DNA of 64,000 nucleotides from Candidatus Uhrbacteria bacterium (GCA_026395055.1 JAPLZK010000003.1:99855-163854), one strand, 5' to 3'; positions 9,733-19,822 are shown, numbered from the stretch's first letter. Notes: a model not told the origin generated them from the sequence alone. Translations and numbers: made by a program.

Positions 9733-11535
9733 ATGGCTGTTCCGCTCCTCGAGGTGAACCACCTCAACAAATCTTACGGAAAACAAATCGTCGTAAAAGA
9801 CGTCTCTTTTGTGGTAACAGAAGGCCAAAAGATCGCTCTGATTGGACGAAACGGTTCTGGGAAGACAACGCTCATGAATATGCTTACGGGCGCAGAAGAG
9901 CGAGATTCTGGTGATTTCAAAGTATTCGATCGTACACGCGTCGGCGTTATCCGTCAGCATGAAGTGTTGCCAAGCGACGTCTCGGTCGCGATGTTTCTTG
10001 AACAACGAACCGGCAAGCCTGTTTGGACGATCGCGAAACTTGCATCCGAGTTCGGATTGCACACGGATCATCTCGAGAAAACAGCAGCGCAACTCTCGGG
10101 TGGTTATCAAATGCGTGTGAAGATTGTGGCCATGCTTCTTGAAGAACCAAACCTGCTTCTTCTCGACGAACCAGTGAACTATCTCGACTTGAATACGTTG
10201 CTTCTCCTCGAGCACTTCTTGAAATCGTATAAAGGAAGTTTCATTCTCGTCGCTCACGACCGCGAGTTCCTTGAAAACACCTGTACAACAACGTTCGAGC
10301 TAGAACGTGGCGAACTTACAACATACTCGGGGACGGTCGAGAATTATTTGGTGTTCAAGGAAGAGCAGCGGGAATATGCGCTCAGAACAAACAAGAAGCT
10401 TGCGCGCGAGATTGAACATCACCAAGAGTTCGTTGATCGATTTGGTGCGAAAGCAACAATGGCGTCACGCGCACAAAGCAAATCAAAGCACATTGCAAAA
10501 CTGCGAAAGAAAATTGCGGGTGTACATGCAGATCTTGCAACAACAAAGATTAAAATTTCTTGCCCAATGGTTCCGCCAGGAACGGCTGTGTATGCAGAGG
10601 AGGTTTCGGTTGGATATGGCGAGAAAGTGATCGTCGACAAAATCAATTTCCACATCAATCGTGGAGACAAGGTTGTGATTGCCGGAGAGAACGGTCAGGG
10701 AAAGACGACATTGTTGAAGACGCTCGCAGGAATTCTCGAGCCGCTTTCGGGAAAGTTAAAGTGGTGGCATCACGCGGACATTGGTTACTACGATCAGAAA
10801 GTAGACGCGACATTAATCGCAAACGAGACGGTCTTGAATTACTTGATGCGCATGGCGCCGCATATCTCGAGCGGCGAACGCATTCTCATGATGGCGGGAA
10901 ACTTTTTGTTTCGCGATGACGATCTCGAAAAGCCTACGAGCGTATTATCGGGAGGCGAACGTGCACGATTGTGTCTCGCGGGTATTTTGCTCCACGAACA
11001 TTCCGTGCTGCTTCTCGATGAGCCTACAAACCATTTAGATGTTGAAACGGCCGAAGCTCTTGCGATCGCTCTGAAACACTATGAAGGAACCGTCATCTTT
11101 GTTTCTCACGCTCGTACGTTCGTAAACGCGCTTTGCGATAAGGTTCTCGAAATCCGATTCGGTACGCTCAGAAACTATCCTGGACCGTATGAGGAGTATG
11201 TAGCGGATCTGGCTGAGTTGATGGCGATGGAAGCGGGTGACTCAAGAACCCCCTCCTTCGTCAAGGAGGGGGCAGGGGGTGGTCGTGCGCAGGAACGTAT
11301 CGAGAAGGCGGAGGCTCGCGCAAAGCTCAAAGAACTCCAGCGTGCTGTCGAGCGTCTCGAAAAGCTCATGAAAGTCCTGGACCGTGAGCGCAGTGAGATT
11401 CTCCAGTTCTATTTCGACAATCCAACCGAGTACGCGCCAGAAAAGGCAACGCGCCTTGGTGAACTTGATGAAGAGTACAAACAAAAAGAAGATGAGTGGT
11501 TCAAATTACAGGAACAGATTGAGGGGTTGTCATAA
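9733..11535 (+). CDS. ABC-F family ATPase (Uup/YheS-like, C-terminal coiled coil)
   Basis: Two ABC domains (GRNGSGKTT/LSGG/LDEP; GENGQGKTT/LSGGE/LDEPTNHLD), no TM helices. Confidence 0.92.
   Translation: MAVPLLEVNHLNKSYGKQIVVKDVSFVVTEGQKIALIGRNGSGKTTLMNMLTGAEERDSGDFKVFDRTRVGVIRQHEVLPSDVSVAMFLEQRTGKPVWTIAKLASEFGLHTDHLEKTAAQLSGGYQMRVKIVAMLLEEPNLLLLDEPVNYLDLNTLLLLEHFLKSYKGSFILVAHDREFLENTCTTTFELERGELTTYSGTVENYLVFKEEQREYALRTNKKLAREIEHHQEFVDRFGAKATMASRAQSKSKHIAKLRKKIAGVHADLATTKIKISCPMVPPGTAVYAEEVSVGYGEKVIVDKINFHINRGDKVVIAGENGQGKTTLLKTLAGILEPLSGKLKWWHHADIGYYDQKVDATLIANETVLNYLMRMAPHISSGERILMMAGNFLFRDDDLEKPTSVLSGGERARLCLAGILLHEHSVLLLDEPTNHLDVETAEALAIALKHYEGTVIFVSHARTFVNALCDKVLEIRFGTLRNYPGPYEEYVADLAELMAMEAGDSRTPSFVKEGAGGGRAQERIEKAEARAKLKELQRAVERLEKLMKVLDRERSEILQFYFDNPTEYAPEKATRLGELDEEYKQKEDEWFKLQEQIEGLS
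11249..11286 (+). repeat. Palindromic repeat family A, in-frame copy in the ABC-F gene
   Basis: CCCCCTCCTT-CGTC-AAGGAGGGGG-CAGGGGGTGGTCGT; matches the copies at 15382 and 34271. Confidence 0.8.
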
Positions 11536-11591
11536 ACCGCTCTTTTTGTTAGGGTCACTTTCGCAAACGCGTGTTTGCTTTGGGGTTTGAA

Positions 11592-12299
11592 ATGCAGAAA
11601 CGTATCGTTCTTGCTGCGGATGAGTTGTCTGTCGAACAATTGTTGCCGTTGTTGAAGCGTGTTGCTTCGCGACTGTACGCTGTGAAGATTCATGATTTGT
11701 ACGATGAACATGGTCCGCAGATCGTTGGTTGGCTCAAGAACTATGACGTGAAAGTTTGGGTGGATGCAAAGTTGCACGACATTCCAGCTACGGTTGCACG
11801 TCGAGCGACTGCATTCAAGAAAGCAGGTGCGGATATTCTCAGTGTGCATGCGTCGGGTCATGTTGACATGATGATGGAGGCGGTCGCATTTGGGCCGGAA
11901 GAAATCTTTGCCATCACCGTCCTGACTTCGTTGAATGAAACAAAGACGAAATCTGTTTATGCACGCAGTGTGCAGGAAACGGTTTCAGATCTCGCACAAA
12001 TGGCCGGATTTTTCAACGGGATCAAGGGGATCGTTTGTTCCCCAAATGAACTTGCGTATCTCAAAGGTCATGAGGATCTGGATCCGCACATGAAATTTGT
12101 CACGCCCGGCATTCGTTCGCTTGGAAAAGACGCACACGATCAACAGCGTATTGCAACGCCAGGTCAAGCGATTCTGAATGGCTCGTCACTTCTCGTGATT
12201 GGTCGTCAGATCACGCAGTCGAAGGATCCGTTGCATGAGATCGAACTTATCGAAGCGGAAATTGAACAAGCTCTTCTTCAAAAAGGAGTGTGGTCATGA
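11592..12299 (+). CDS. pyrF: Orotidine-5'-phosphate decarboxylase
   Basis: DAKLHDIPATV, SVHASG, VLTS, VTPGIR, DQQRIATP, VIGRQIT. Confidence 0.95.
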   Translation: MQKRIVLAADELSVEQLLPLLKRVASRLYAVKIHDLYDEHGPQIVGWLKNYDVKVWVDAKLHDIPATVARRATAFKKAGADILSVHASGHVDMMMEAVAFGPEEIFAITVLTSLNETKTKSVYARSVQETVSDLAQMAGFFNGIKGIVCSPNELAYLKGHEDLDPHMKFVTPGIRSLGKDAHDQQRIATPGQAILNGSSLLVIGRQITQSKDPLHEIELIEAEIEQALLQKGVWS

Positions 12300-13072
12300 C
12301 GATCATGCAACACATGCCAATTCTTGAGGCAGATCTCAACTATTTGCGTAAGATCCGGTTTGTAGAGTTTCCAACAAGTCCGAATCGTCATCGATCCATC
12401 ACAGATGAAGAATTTGATCACATTTTCCGAACATGTGACGCGCTCTGGCTGCATTCGGGCGATCCGAAAGATCCGCATGCGGAACTGACGTCCGGAAAAT
12501 GTTCGAATGGATTCGTGGATACATTGCGCGTGCTTCGGTACACAGCTCTTTGCAAACTCATGGCAGAGCAGCTCAAGCGTCGCATGATTCAGGAAATGGC
12601 AAAGATTGCTCCGCCAAGTTTCCTGGATCTCAAATCGGATTTCACGTTTGATTGGGCAATCGGCTCAGATCATGCGAGCGCCGTCTTCGCATACGAGATT
12701 GTTCGAAATTGGGAATGCCAATACGACTTTACGGAAAAGGGTGATGGCAAAACGCAAGTGTGGCAACGGTTTCTCATTCAGCCGAACGAAGTCGTTTTGC
12801 AGATTGAGGAACTCGTGACGACCTTGAAGACACTTACGGAAGTGCGCAAAGGTATTCGTGCCGGAACGCCGACTCCCGTGAAATTCGCTCCGTTCGTCTT
12901 TGCGCTCGTGCATCGATCACACGAATACGAATTCGAGGGAACGCCGATTCATTACGTCCGCCACTACGACATCAACTCGTGGGACCAAAAGGATTGTCCG
13001 CTCTGCGCAGCTGGTTCAGAGCGCATCAAGCCGAAGGCAAACTGGGCTAAGCTCACAGGCAAAGCCAAGTAA
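12296..13072 (+). CDS. pyrE: Orotate phosphoribosyltransferase-like protein (divergent)
   Basis: HAELTSGKCSNGF, a PRPP-loop-like VLQIEELVTT, C-terminal CPLC; overlaps the pyrF stop. Confidence 0.7.
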   Translation: MTIMQHMPILEADLNYLRKIRFVEFPTSPNRHRSITDEEFDHIFRTCDALWLHSGDPKDPHAELTSGKCSNGFVDTLRVLRYTALCKLMAEQLKRRMIQEMAKIAPPSFLDLKSDFTFDWAIGSDHASAVFAYEIVRNWECQYDFTEKGDGKTQVWQRFLIQPNEVVLQIEELVTTLKTLTEVRKGIRAGTPTPVKFAPFVFALVHRSHEYEFEGTPIHYVRHYDINSWDQKDCPLCAAGSERIKPKANWAKLTGKAK

Positions 13073-13134
13073 TCTTACAGACACTTCACGTGTCTGTTTT
13101 TTGTTTTCTGTTTCTGTTACGATGGCGCATGGAC

Positions 13135-13158
13135 GGACAGGTCGCGACCTGTCCCTAC
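13135..13158 (-). repeat. GTAG-type REP-like palindrome
   Basis: GTAG-GGACAGGTC-GC-GACCTGTCC on the minus strand; sibling at 19823. Confidence 0.7.
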
Positions 13159-13165
13159 AGACGTT

Positions 13166-13909
13166 ATGAAAACACGCATCAATAAATACCTCGCTGACCG
13201 CGGGGTCTGCTCACGCCGCAAAGCCGATGATCTTATTTCATCTGGCAAGGTTGTTGTAAACGGAACGGTTGCTGAACTTGGATTGAAAGTAGACGATTCA
13301 GATGATGTTGTGGTAAACGGCAGCAAACTCATCGTCGACAAGCCAAAAGAAGTTTATCTTGCGTATAACAAGCCGGTTGGGATTATCACATCTGTTGATC
13401 CGAATGCGCATGATAACGTCATTCAACAAATCAATTATCCAGAGCGCGTCTTTCCGATTGGACGACTCGACGTTGCATCTTGTGGACTTTTGTTGCTCAC
13501 AAACGACGGCCGTCTCTCTGAGCGCATCACACATCCGCGCTATGATCACGATAAGGAATATGTCGTCACAGTCGATAAGCTAATTGCGGATAAGGATCTT
13601 GAAACCATGCGACGCGGACTTGTGATCCTCGGCTCCATGACAAAGCCTGCGATCGTTACGCGATCTTCGGACGATACGTTTCACATCACGCTCACAGAAG
13701 GACGTAATCGTCAGATTCGCCGTATGTGTGAAGAGCTTGGTTATGATGTTCGAAAGCTGATGCGTATTCGTGTGATGAACATCGAACTTGGCAATCTCAT
13801 CGTCGGACAGTATCGAGAACTCACGAACACAGAAGTTGCTCAACTGAAAAAGAGTGTAAACATGGATAAGCCTCTTGAAGAATCCGAGAAAAGAATTTCA
13901 TTTGAATAA
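13166..13909 (+). CDS. S4-domain rRNA pseudouridine synthase (RluF/RluB family)
   Basis: RINKYLA..CSRRKAD, NKPVG, PIGRLD, GLLLLTNDG, EGRNRQIRRM. Confidence 0.93.
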   Translation: MKTRINKYLADRGVCSRRKADDLISSGKVVVNGTVAELGLKVDDSDDVVVNGSKLIVDKPKEVYLAYNKPVGIITSVDPNAHDNVIQQINYPERVFPIGRLDVASCGLLLLTNDGRLSERITHPRYDHDKEYVVTVDKLIADKDLETMRRGLVILGSMTKPAIVTRSSDDTFHITLTEGRNRQIRRMCEELGYDVRKLMRIRVMNIELGNLIVGQYRELTNTEVAQLKKSVNMDKPLEESEKRISFE

Positions 13910-13918
13910 AATTTTTCT

Positions 13919-15364
13919 ATGCGCTTCCTTCATCCTTCTGACGCAGAAAAAGAGCTGACGTATCAAGATGTCTTTCTCATGCCGCAATATTCGGATGTTG
14001 TTTCGCGCATGAACGTCGATCTTTCACCACAGGACGGAACGGGAATGACATTACCGATCATTGTTTCGAACATGACGGCGGTTGCAGGAAAGCGTATGTC
14101 TGAAGCGGTGACGCGCAGAGGTGGACTTGTAGTGCTTACACAGGATATGTCGCTTGAGCGTATTGAGGAGATTGTAAAGGCAACCAAAGTTTGCCATCCT
14201 GTTTTTGAAACGCCGATTGTTCTCGACGAACAGGAGTCTGTGCAAACCGCACTCAACTTGATTAACAAACGCGCTCATCGCGCGGTGATTATTGTTGATA
14301 AACAAAATAAGCCTGTAGGAATTTTTACGGAAAAGGACGCGTATCGCCGCGATCGCTATAATCGATTGGTGGATGCGATGACGCGTGATCTGATTACCGT
14401 GCCAAGTTCCATGTCCCCAAAAGAAATTTTTAAAACCTTACATGATCGCAGGCTTTCAATCGTTCCAGTAGTGAATCTCGACGGAAGTCTCGCGGGAGTC
14501 ATGACAAAGAAAGGGTGCGTTCGTGCCGTGCAATACAAACCCGCTTTGAACGCAAGTGGTCACTTGCTTACAGCTGTGGCAGTTCGAATTAGATCAGGTC
14601 TCGACGAAACACTTGATCGACTCAATCAGATTGGCGTAGATATGATCGTTCTCGACACAGCACACGGACATCAGAAGATGATGATTGATGCGGTAAAGAA
14701 GGCTCGATCACTGGTCGGTTCTTCAAAACCTATTATGGCCGGCAATATCGTTGGCGAAGCAGCGGCAAAGGATTTGATTGATGCGGGTGCAACACATTTA
14801 AAAGTGGGAGTTGGCCCGGGGGGTGCGTGTAAAACACGTATGACCACCGGAGTTGGACGTCCACAGTTCTCGGCGGTGTCCGAAGTAGCAAAGTATGCGC
14901 GTGCACATGGTGCATATGTTTGCGCAGACGGTGGCGTAAAGCATCCTCGTGATGTTGCGCTCGCACTTGCGGCCGGCGCACACTCGGTCATGATCGGAAC
15001 TTGGTTCGCGGGAACGTACGAGAGTCCAGCCGATGTTCAGTTCGACGAGAGCGGAAGAATGTATAAAGAACAATTCGGAATGGCATCTCGACGAGCTGTA
15101 ACAAATCGCACTGAGAATACGGATCCATTTGAACAGGCGCAAAAAGAATTTTTTGAAGAAGGAGTGAGTCAGACTCGGATGTATTTGAATCTCGGTCAGG
15201 AAAGCGTTGAAGATATTATCGACGAGATTACTGCGGGAGTTCGCAGTGCATGCACCTACTCGGGCGCGCGTACGCTCGATGAGTTTCACGACAAAGCAAT
15301 CATTGGAGTGCAGACCGCGTCAGGGTATGAAGAAGGGAAGCCGGTAACAAAAAGCTGGACGTAA
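13919..15364 (+). CDS. guaB1: GuaB1-family IMPDH/GMP reductase with CBS domains
   Basis: LTYQDVF, NMTAVAG, DTAHGHQ, KVGVGPGGACKTRMTTGVGRPQF, ADGG, GMAS, EEG. Confidence 0.85.
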   Translation: MRFLHPSDAEKELTYQDVFLMPQYSDVVSRMNVDLSPQDGTGMTLPIIVSNMTAVAGKRMSEAVTRRGGLVVLTQDMSLERIEEIVKATKVCHPVFETPIVLDEQESVQTALNLINKRAHRAVIIVDKQNKPVGIFTEKDAYRRDRYNRLVDAMTRDLITVPSSMSPKEIFKTLHDRRLSIVPVVNLDGSLAGVMTKKGCVRAVQYKPALNASGHLLTAVAVRIRSGLDETLDRLNQIGVDMIVLDTAHGHQKMMIDAVKKARSLVGSSKPIMAGNIVGEAAAKDLIDAGATHLKVGVGPGGACKTRMTTGVGRPQFSAVSEVAKYARAHGAYVCADGGVKHPRDVALALAAGAHSVMIGTWFAGTYESPADVQFDESGRMYKEQFGMASRRAVTNRTENTDPFEQAQKEFFEEGVSQTRMYLNLGQESVEDIIDEITAGVRSACTYSGARTLDEFHDKAIIGVQTASGYEEGKPVTKSWT

Positions 15365-15381
15365 TGTCCAGCTTTTTTGTT

Positions 15382-15417
15382 CCACTCCTTCACAAGGAGT
15401 GGGTTAGGAGGTGGTCG
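15382..15417 (+). repeat. Palindromic repeat family A, intergenic copy
   Basis: CCACTCCTT-CAC-AAGGAGTGG-GTTAGGAGGTGGTCG, with a compensatory A-T stem change. Confidence 0.75.
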
Positions 15418-15419
15418 CA

Positions 15420-15932
15420 TCACTTCACCTCGAGAATCGTATAAATCAATTCGTCTCCATGCGTCACAACCGAAATCGTTTCGCCGGCTGTGTGGCCAAT
15501 GAGGTGCGAGCCGAGTGGGGAGAGGTGTGAGATTCTTCCGCGCACCGGGTTTGCCTCTTGTGGCCCCACGATCTCAAACGTAAGTGTGTGATCATTCATG
15601 TTCAGCACAACCGTTGATCCGAGTTGAATACGATCTTTATCGTTTTCATCTTTTTCAATCACGACAACGTTTTTCAATTTCTCTTTAATGATGGTCATGC
15701 GCGACGCCAGGTTGCGCATGCGGTGTTTTGCTTCTTGATATTCGGCATTTTCCGAAAAGTCCCCGAGTTCACCCGTTGTCTGTGTGTCTTTTACCGCCTG
15801 TTTGTGTTGAATTTCAAAATCAATCAACTGATGGTTGAGTTTCTCAAGTCCAGCTTTTGTGAGGTAAACAGGCCCGTCATCGCCCTTAAGCTGATTGTTA
15901 TCGAGTTCTTTTTGTCGGGTTGGGAGACGCAT
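15420..15932 (-). CDS. greA: Transcription elongation factor GreA/GreB family
   Basis: YLTKAG, GDFSENAEYQEAK, LGSTV, IVGPQEA, ISHLSPLG. Confidence 0.9.
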   Translation of the reverse strand: MRLPTRQKELDNNQLKGDDGPVYLTKAGLEKLNHQLIDFEIQHKQAVKDTQTTGELGDFSENAEYQEAKHRMRNLASRMTIIKEKLKNVVVIEKDENDKDRIQLGSTVVLNMNDHTLTFEIVGPQEANPVRGRISHLSPLGSHLIGHTAGETISVVTHGDELIYTILEVK

Positions 15933-16003
15933 ATGCGGGAAGTATAGCAGGGGAACGGGGTTCGGGGCTAGGGATTAGGAATAAAAAAAGACCCAAGATG
16001 GGT

Positions 16004-16846
16004 CTAGACGGGAAGGTTGGCGATGAGAGGCTTCGGAGGATCCTCGTAGCTGGGTTTGGCCCAGGTGTCGAAGACGTAGAAGAAGTCTTCTTCCTTATCT
16101 TCTCCATTTGGGGTGAAACTTGCCGGGAAGACCATGATGAAGATGTCTGAACCTTTGCAGTGCTCAGCGCAGTCATAATCACAGCGAGGGAAGTCTGAGA
16201 TGTAAAAACGGACGTTGTTGCCAAATGCGGCAATGATTTTTGCTACGCGTTCGAGAACACGTGTAGGAACAGGTTCGTCGTATAGTCGGCTGCTCCAGTC
16301 ATTTGAATCGTAATCGTCGTTGCCCCATTCTTGTTCGTTCATTCGATCGAAACTACGCAGTGGGCGCCAGTACCAACCGGATGAATCATCGAAGTACATG
16401 TTTTCCGTCAGCCAATCAATGACGTCCTTGCTTTCCGCGACCCCGATTTGTTCTTGGTTGAAGTAATTGACGAGTTTCGGGTATACCTGTTCAGGCGTAG
16501 CGCAACCAATCGACATCGCGAGGGCGGTGTTTGCTTCCGTTCCTGGAACGGTGACATTTTTGACTGGAACAGTAAATTTGGGAAAAGGCAAATTGTCTTC
16601 CACCGTTTCTTCTTCCTCCTCCTCTTCGTCATCGTCGACATTCTCTTCGTCTTCATCCGTTTCTGGCTCATCATCGTCCACAGCGTCTCGAATCGTGGCG
16701 ACGGATTGAACGCGTGGAATTGGATGATGGACAGGTTCGGTGTGTTGAGTCGTGCTTGGTGCCCGCAGTGCGGACGTTGGTTGATACGCCTCGAGTTGCA
16801 GTGGTGCTTTTCGATTATCTCCCCAGGTCCAGAATCTCCAATTCAT
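16004..16846 (-). CDS. Hypothetical protein with long acidic tract
   Basis: GAGGAGG SD; D/E tract; globular C-terminal part (WYWRPLR...FYISD...FDTWAKP). Confidence 0.75.
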   Translation of the reverse strand: MNWRFWTWGDNRKAPLQLEAYQPTSALRAPSTTQHTEPVHHPIPRVQSVATIRDAVDDDEPETDEDEENVDDDEEEEEEETVEDNLPFPKFTVPVKNVTVPGTEANTALAMSIGCATPEQVYPKLVNYFNQEQIGVAESKDVIDWLTENMYFDDSSGWYWRPLRSFDRMNEQEWGNDDYDSNDWSSRLYDEPVPTRVLERVAKIIAAFGNNVRFYISDFPRCDYDCAEHCKGSDIFIMVFPASFTPNGEDKEEDFFYVFDTWAKPSYEDPPKPLIANLPV

Positions 16847-16952
16847 CGTTTCCTCCTCTTGGATGGTTGTTCCAAGAAAAGGATTCTAAGCGAAAATAGC
16901 GAAAATGTCAATATTCGTCCCCAAACAACCCTTGACAGATTTTCTGGAACCA

Positions 16953-16981
16953 TTGACAAATTTCGGTATTTGGTGTATAGT
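16953..16981 (+). promoter_or_regulatory. Sigma70 promoter of cspA
   Basis: TTGACA-17-TATAGT, giving a leader of about 90 nt. Confidence 0.7.
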
Positions 16982-17075
16982 GCAGCCAAGCAAAAGTAAG
17001 CCACACAAACGCGGAGATTCGTCGAATTTCGCAAAGCGGCCATATTTGCGGATAAATAACATGATGTCAAACATT

Positions 17076-17273
17076 ATGATGGGAACCATCAAAACAATGA
17101 CAGAAAAGGGATTTGGATTCATCACACCAGACGATGGTGGTAAGGATCTTTTCTTTCACTCTTCTGCATTAGTTGACGTTCAATACAATGATCTCTCTGT
17201 AGGAGACAAAGTTTCTTTCGAAACTGAAGCTTCAGACAAGGGACCACGTGCTGTAAACGTTCAACAAGCGTAA
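17076..17273 (+). CDS. cspA: Cold-shock protein
   Basis: KGFGFITP (RNP1), DLFFH (RNP2), KGPRAVNV; start reassigned to 17076. Confidence 0.93.
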   Translation: MMGTIKTMTEKGFGFITPDDGGKDLFFHSSALVDVQYNDLSVGDKVSFETEASDKGPRAVNVQQA

Positions 17274-17284
17274 TAGCTTGAAAA

Positions 17285-17316
17285 CAAAAACACCTGATTC
17301 GTCAGGTGTTTTTGTT
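17285..17316 (+). terminator. Intrinsic terminator after cspA
   Basis: CAAAAACACCTGA-ttcg-TCAGGTGTTTTTG. Confidence 0.8.
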
Positions 17317-17335
17317 TTTGTTATACTTTACTCAT

Positions 17336-18301
17336 ATGCCTACTCCAACAAAACATTACACTGCAGCCAAAGATGTGTTTTCCTATTTACTCATGATCAT
17401 CATGCTCTATATTGGTGTCATTAGTTTTACCGCCATGATCTGGCAGTACATCAATGTTGGGTTCCCAGACACACTCAATCAAGCGTACGGAGCGTATGAC
17501 ATTATTCGTAACTTCATTTCGTGTCTGGTCATTGTGTGGCCCGTCCTCATTTTGGTTTCCTGGATGATTGGGAAAGATTTACGTAAGGAGAAAGAGAAAC
17601 AAAATATTTGGGTCAGAAAATGGCTCATGTACCTCACACTCTTTATTGCATCCATGACCATTATTATTGATCTTATTACGCTCTTAAATAGTTTTTTGAG
17701 CGGAGAGGTCACAACACGATTTATTTTAAAAACTTTGGTTATCTTGATTGTTGCCGCTTTCGTTTTTGGATATTACCTTTGGGACCTCAGACGTGATGCT
17801 TGGAAAAAAACAACGATTTGTCTCATTGTTGCGATTGCAACAAGCGTTCTCATCATCGGATCAATCATTGGAGGATTTTTCCTTGTTGGTTCTCCTGCAC
17901 ATCAACGCACCATCCGAATGGATAATCAGCGCGTTTCTGATTTACAAAATATCCAATCGCAAGTGATTAACTATTGGACACAAAAAAGTTCCGTTCCAAA
18001 AGTCCTTACAGATCTGCAAGATCCAATTAGTGGATTCATTGTTCCAACGGACCCTGTCACAAAAAATGCGTACACGTATCGCGTCAAAGATGTGCATGCG
18101 TTCGAGCTGTGTGCCACATTCACAGAAGCATCTGTGAATGAAGTGGGCGCTGGTTATACGACACCATCATATCCATCTCGCGCCGGAGCGACAGATGTTT
18201 GGACACATAATAAAGGCGAAGTGTGTTTTGAACGAACCATTGATCCAGAATTATACAAACCAAATTCTCAACCCGTGCCTGCACCTGTCATGATCAAATA
18301 G
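17336..18301 (+). CDS. Membrane protein, DUF5671-like, with C-terminal pilin-like extracellular domain
   Basis: Five TM helices, RKWLMYLTLFIA, GSPAHQR..RMDNQRVSDLQ, DPVT...Y, FELCATF. Confidence 0.75.
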   Translation: MPTPTKHYTAAKDVFSYLLMIIMLYIGVISFTAMIWQYINVGFPDTLNQAYGAYDIIRNFISCLVIVWPVLILVSWMIGKDLRKEKEKQNIWVRKWLMYLTLFIASMTIIIDLITLLNSFLSGEVTTRFILKTLVILIVAAFVFGYYLWDLRRDAWKKTTICLIVAIATSVLIIGSIIGGFFLVGSPAHQRTIRMDNQRVSDLQNIQSQVINYWTQKSSVPKVLTDLQDPISGFIVPTDPVTKNAYTYRVKDVHAFELCATFTEASVNEVGAGYTTPSYPSRAGATDVWTHNKGEVCFERTIDPELYKPNSQPVPAPVMIK

Positions 18302-18305
18302 AAAT

Positions 18306-18339
18306 AAAAAATCCTCGAGTTGAACTCGAGGATTTTTTT
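18306..18339. terminator. Bidirectional intrinsic terminator
   Basis: A6-TCCTCGAG-ttgaa-CTCGAGGA-T7 between convergent genes. Confidence 0.85.
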
Positions 18340-18340
18340 G

Positions 18341-19816
18341 TTACGCAGACAATGCTTTTTTACGAAGGGCTCCGAGGTCCAGTTCATTATTGAATGAAAT
18401 AGATTTGAGAAACTCCGTGTCGTGACTGACCACAATCATGGCTCCCTTATAATTCTGTAAGGCTTGCGCAATGACTGGCAAGTGACGGAAGTTCACATGG
18501 TTTGTTGGCTCGTCCAAGATCAACAGGTTTGGTTTTTGAATGACGAATCGGGCGAAACAGAGAAGGGCTTTTTGTCCTTCCGAGAGGGAGCCAACGCGGT
18601 TTTGCATGGTTTCTCCTCGGAGAAGAAAACGACCAGCCGTTCCGTAAACCGTTTCGTCATCTCCGACCGCCATGACAGACTTCAGGGATTCAAACGTTGT
18701 TTGTGAGAAATCTAATCCAGAAAAATCTTGTTCGTAATATCCAATGATAACGTCAGCTGGAATGAGAACGCCTTCTTCTGTTCTGGTTGCAAGACGTTTC
18801 AGAAGTGTGGTCTTTCCAATTCCGTTCGGTCCTTTCAAGAGTAATCGATCGCCACGACGGAGTTTGAGGTTCACCGGACAATGAATGGCTTCACCTTGAT
18901 TCCAGACACCAACGGAAGAAACATCACAAATTGCGTCTTTGTATTCTGTTGCTTCAATGTCGAAACGTACGATGGTTTTATCATCTTGTTTCACGTCCAC
19001 CATGTTTGATTCGTCTTCTTCGATTTCTTCTTTCAGCTTTGCGGCAAGCTTACGCATTTTTCCTCCTTTGTTGGCAAAGAAGTTTACCTTTTCTTTTCTG
19101 TCCTGAATATTTTTAAGAAGCTGTGCGTTCTTTCGTTCTTCTGCATCAATACGAGCTTTGATCTGTTCTGTCACGTCGTAATAGTCTCCTTGGTATGCGT
19201 CAACTTCTTGTTTTTGCGCATCGAGATATAACACGGAGTCTGTAAACGTGTTTAAGAAATCTGCATCGTGAGAAATGACGATAACGGTTTTCTCATACAT
19301 CATGAGGAACGTAATGAGGTGACCAATTCCGTCTTCGTCCAAATTGTTGGTAGGCTCGTCGAGCAAAAGAATGTCTGGCTTTTGGATGAGGGCGTAGGCA
19401 AGAAGTAATCGAGCTTGTTGTCCGCCAGAAAGACGATTGAGGGTGATTTTGTGATCAAGCGGATAGTTTACTGCCTCAAGAGCTTGATCAATAAGTAATG
19501 GAAGGTTGCGTGGTCGTTCTGCAAAAGCGGTTGCAAAGTAATCCTCGACGGTTAACTCGAGATACGCACGATCCATGACTTGTTTTGCAATTCCAATTTT
19601 TGCTCCCTGCTTTAAGTGAATTTCTCCCTTAACCGGCTTTGCGTCGCCCATGATCAAATGAAAGATGGTGGATTTTCCGGCACCGTTTTGTCCCATGAGC
19701 GTAACTTTTGCGTTTTCACGAATAGAAAAATTCACGTCTTTGAGAAGCGTGTTTTTATCATGATATCCAAATGTGACATTTTGGAATCGAACAATGACGT
19801 TACCGTGTTCTGCCAT
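18341..19816 (-). CDS. ABC-F family ATPase
   Basis: GQNGAGKST/LSGGQ/LDEPTNNLD and GPNGIGKTT/LSEGQ/LDEPTNH; no TM helices. Confidence 0.9.
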   Translation of the reverse strand: MAEHGNVIVRFQNVTFGYHDKNTLLKDVNFSIRENAKVTLMGQNGAGKSTIFHLIMGDAKPVKGEIHLKQGAKIGIAKQVMDRAYLELTVEDYFATAFAERPRNLPLLIDQALEAVNYPLDHKITLNRLSGGQQARLLLAYALIQKPDILLLDEPTNNLDEDGIGHLITFLMMYEKTVIVISHDADFLNTFTDSVLYLDAQKQEVDAYQGDYYDVTEQIKARIDAEERKNAQLLKNIQDRKEKVNFFANKGGKMRKLAAKLKEEIEEDESNMVDVKQDDKTIVRFDIEATEYKDAICDVSSVGVWNQGEAIHCPVNLKLRRGDRLLLKGPNGIGKTTLLKRLATRTEEGVLIPADVIIGYYEQDFSGLDFSQTTFESLKSVMAVGDDETVYGTAGRFLLRGETMQNRVGSLSEGQKALLCFARFVIQKPNLLILDEPTNHVNFRHLPVIAQALQNYKGAMIVVSHDTEFLKSISFNNELDLGALRKKALSA

Positions 19817-19822
19817 AGGTTT

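Noticed and set aside
9640-10257. N-terminal 200 aa of the 369-aa minus-strand ORF
   Set aside because: Mostly antisense to the ABC-F gene; only 9148-9639 is retained as a plausible gene.
9733-19816. ABC-F genes as antibiotic-resistance determinants
   Set aside because: No subfamily-specific evidence is visible; housekeeping translation-factor ABC-Fs are the simpler call.
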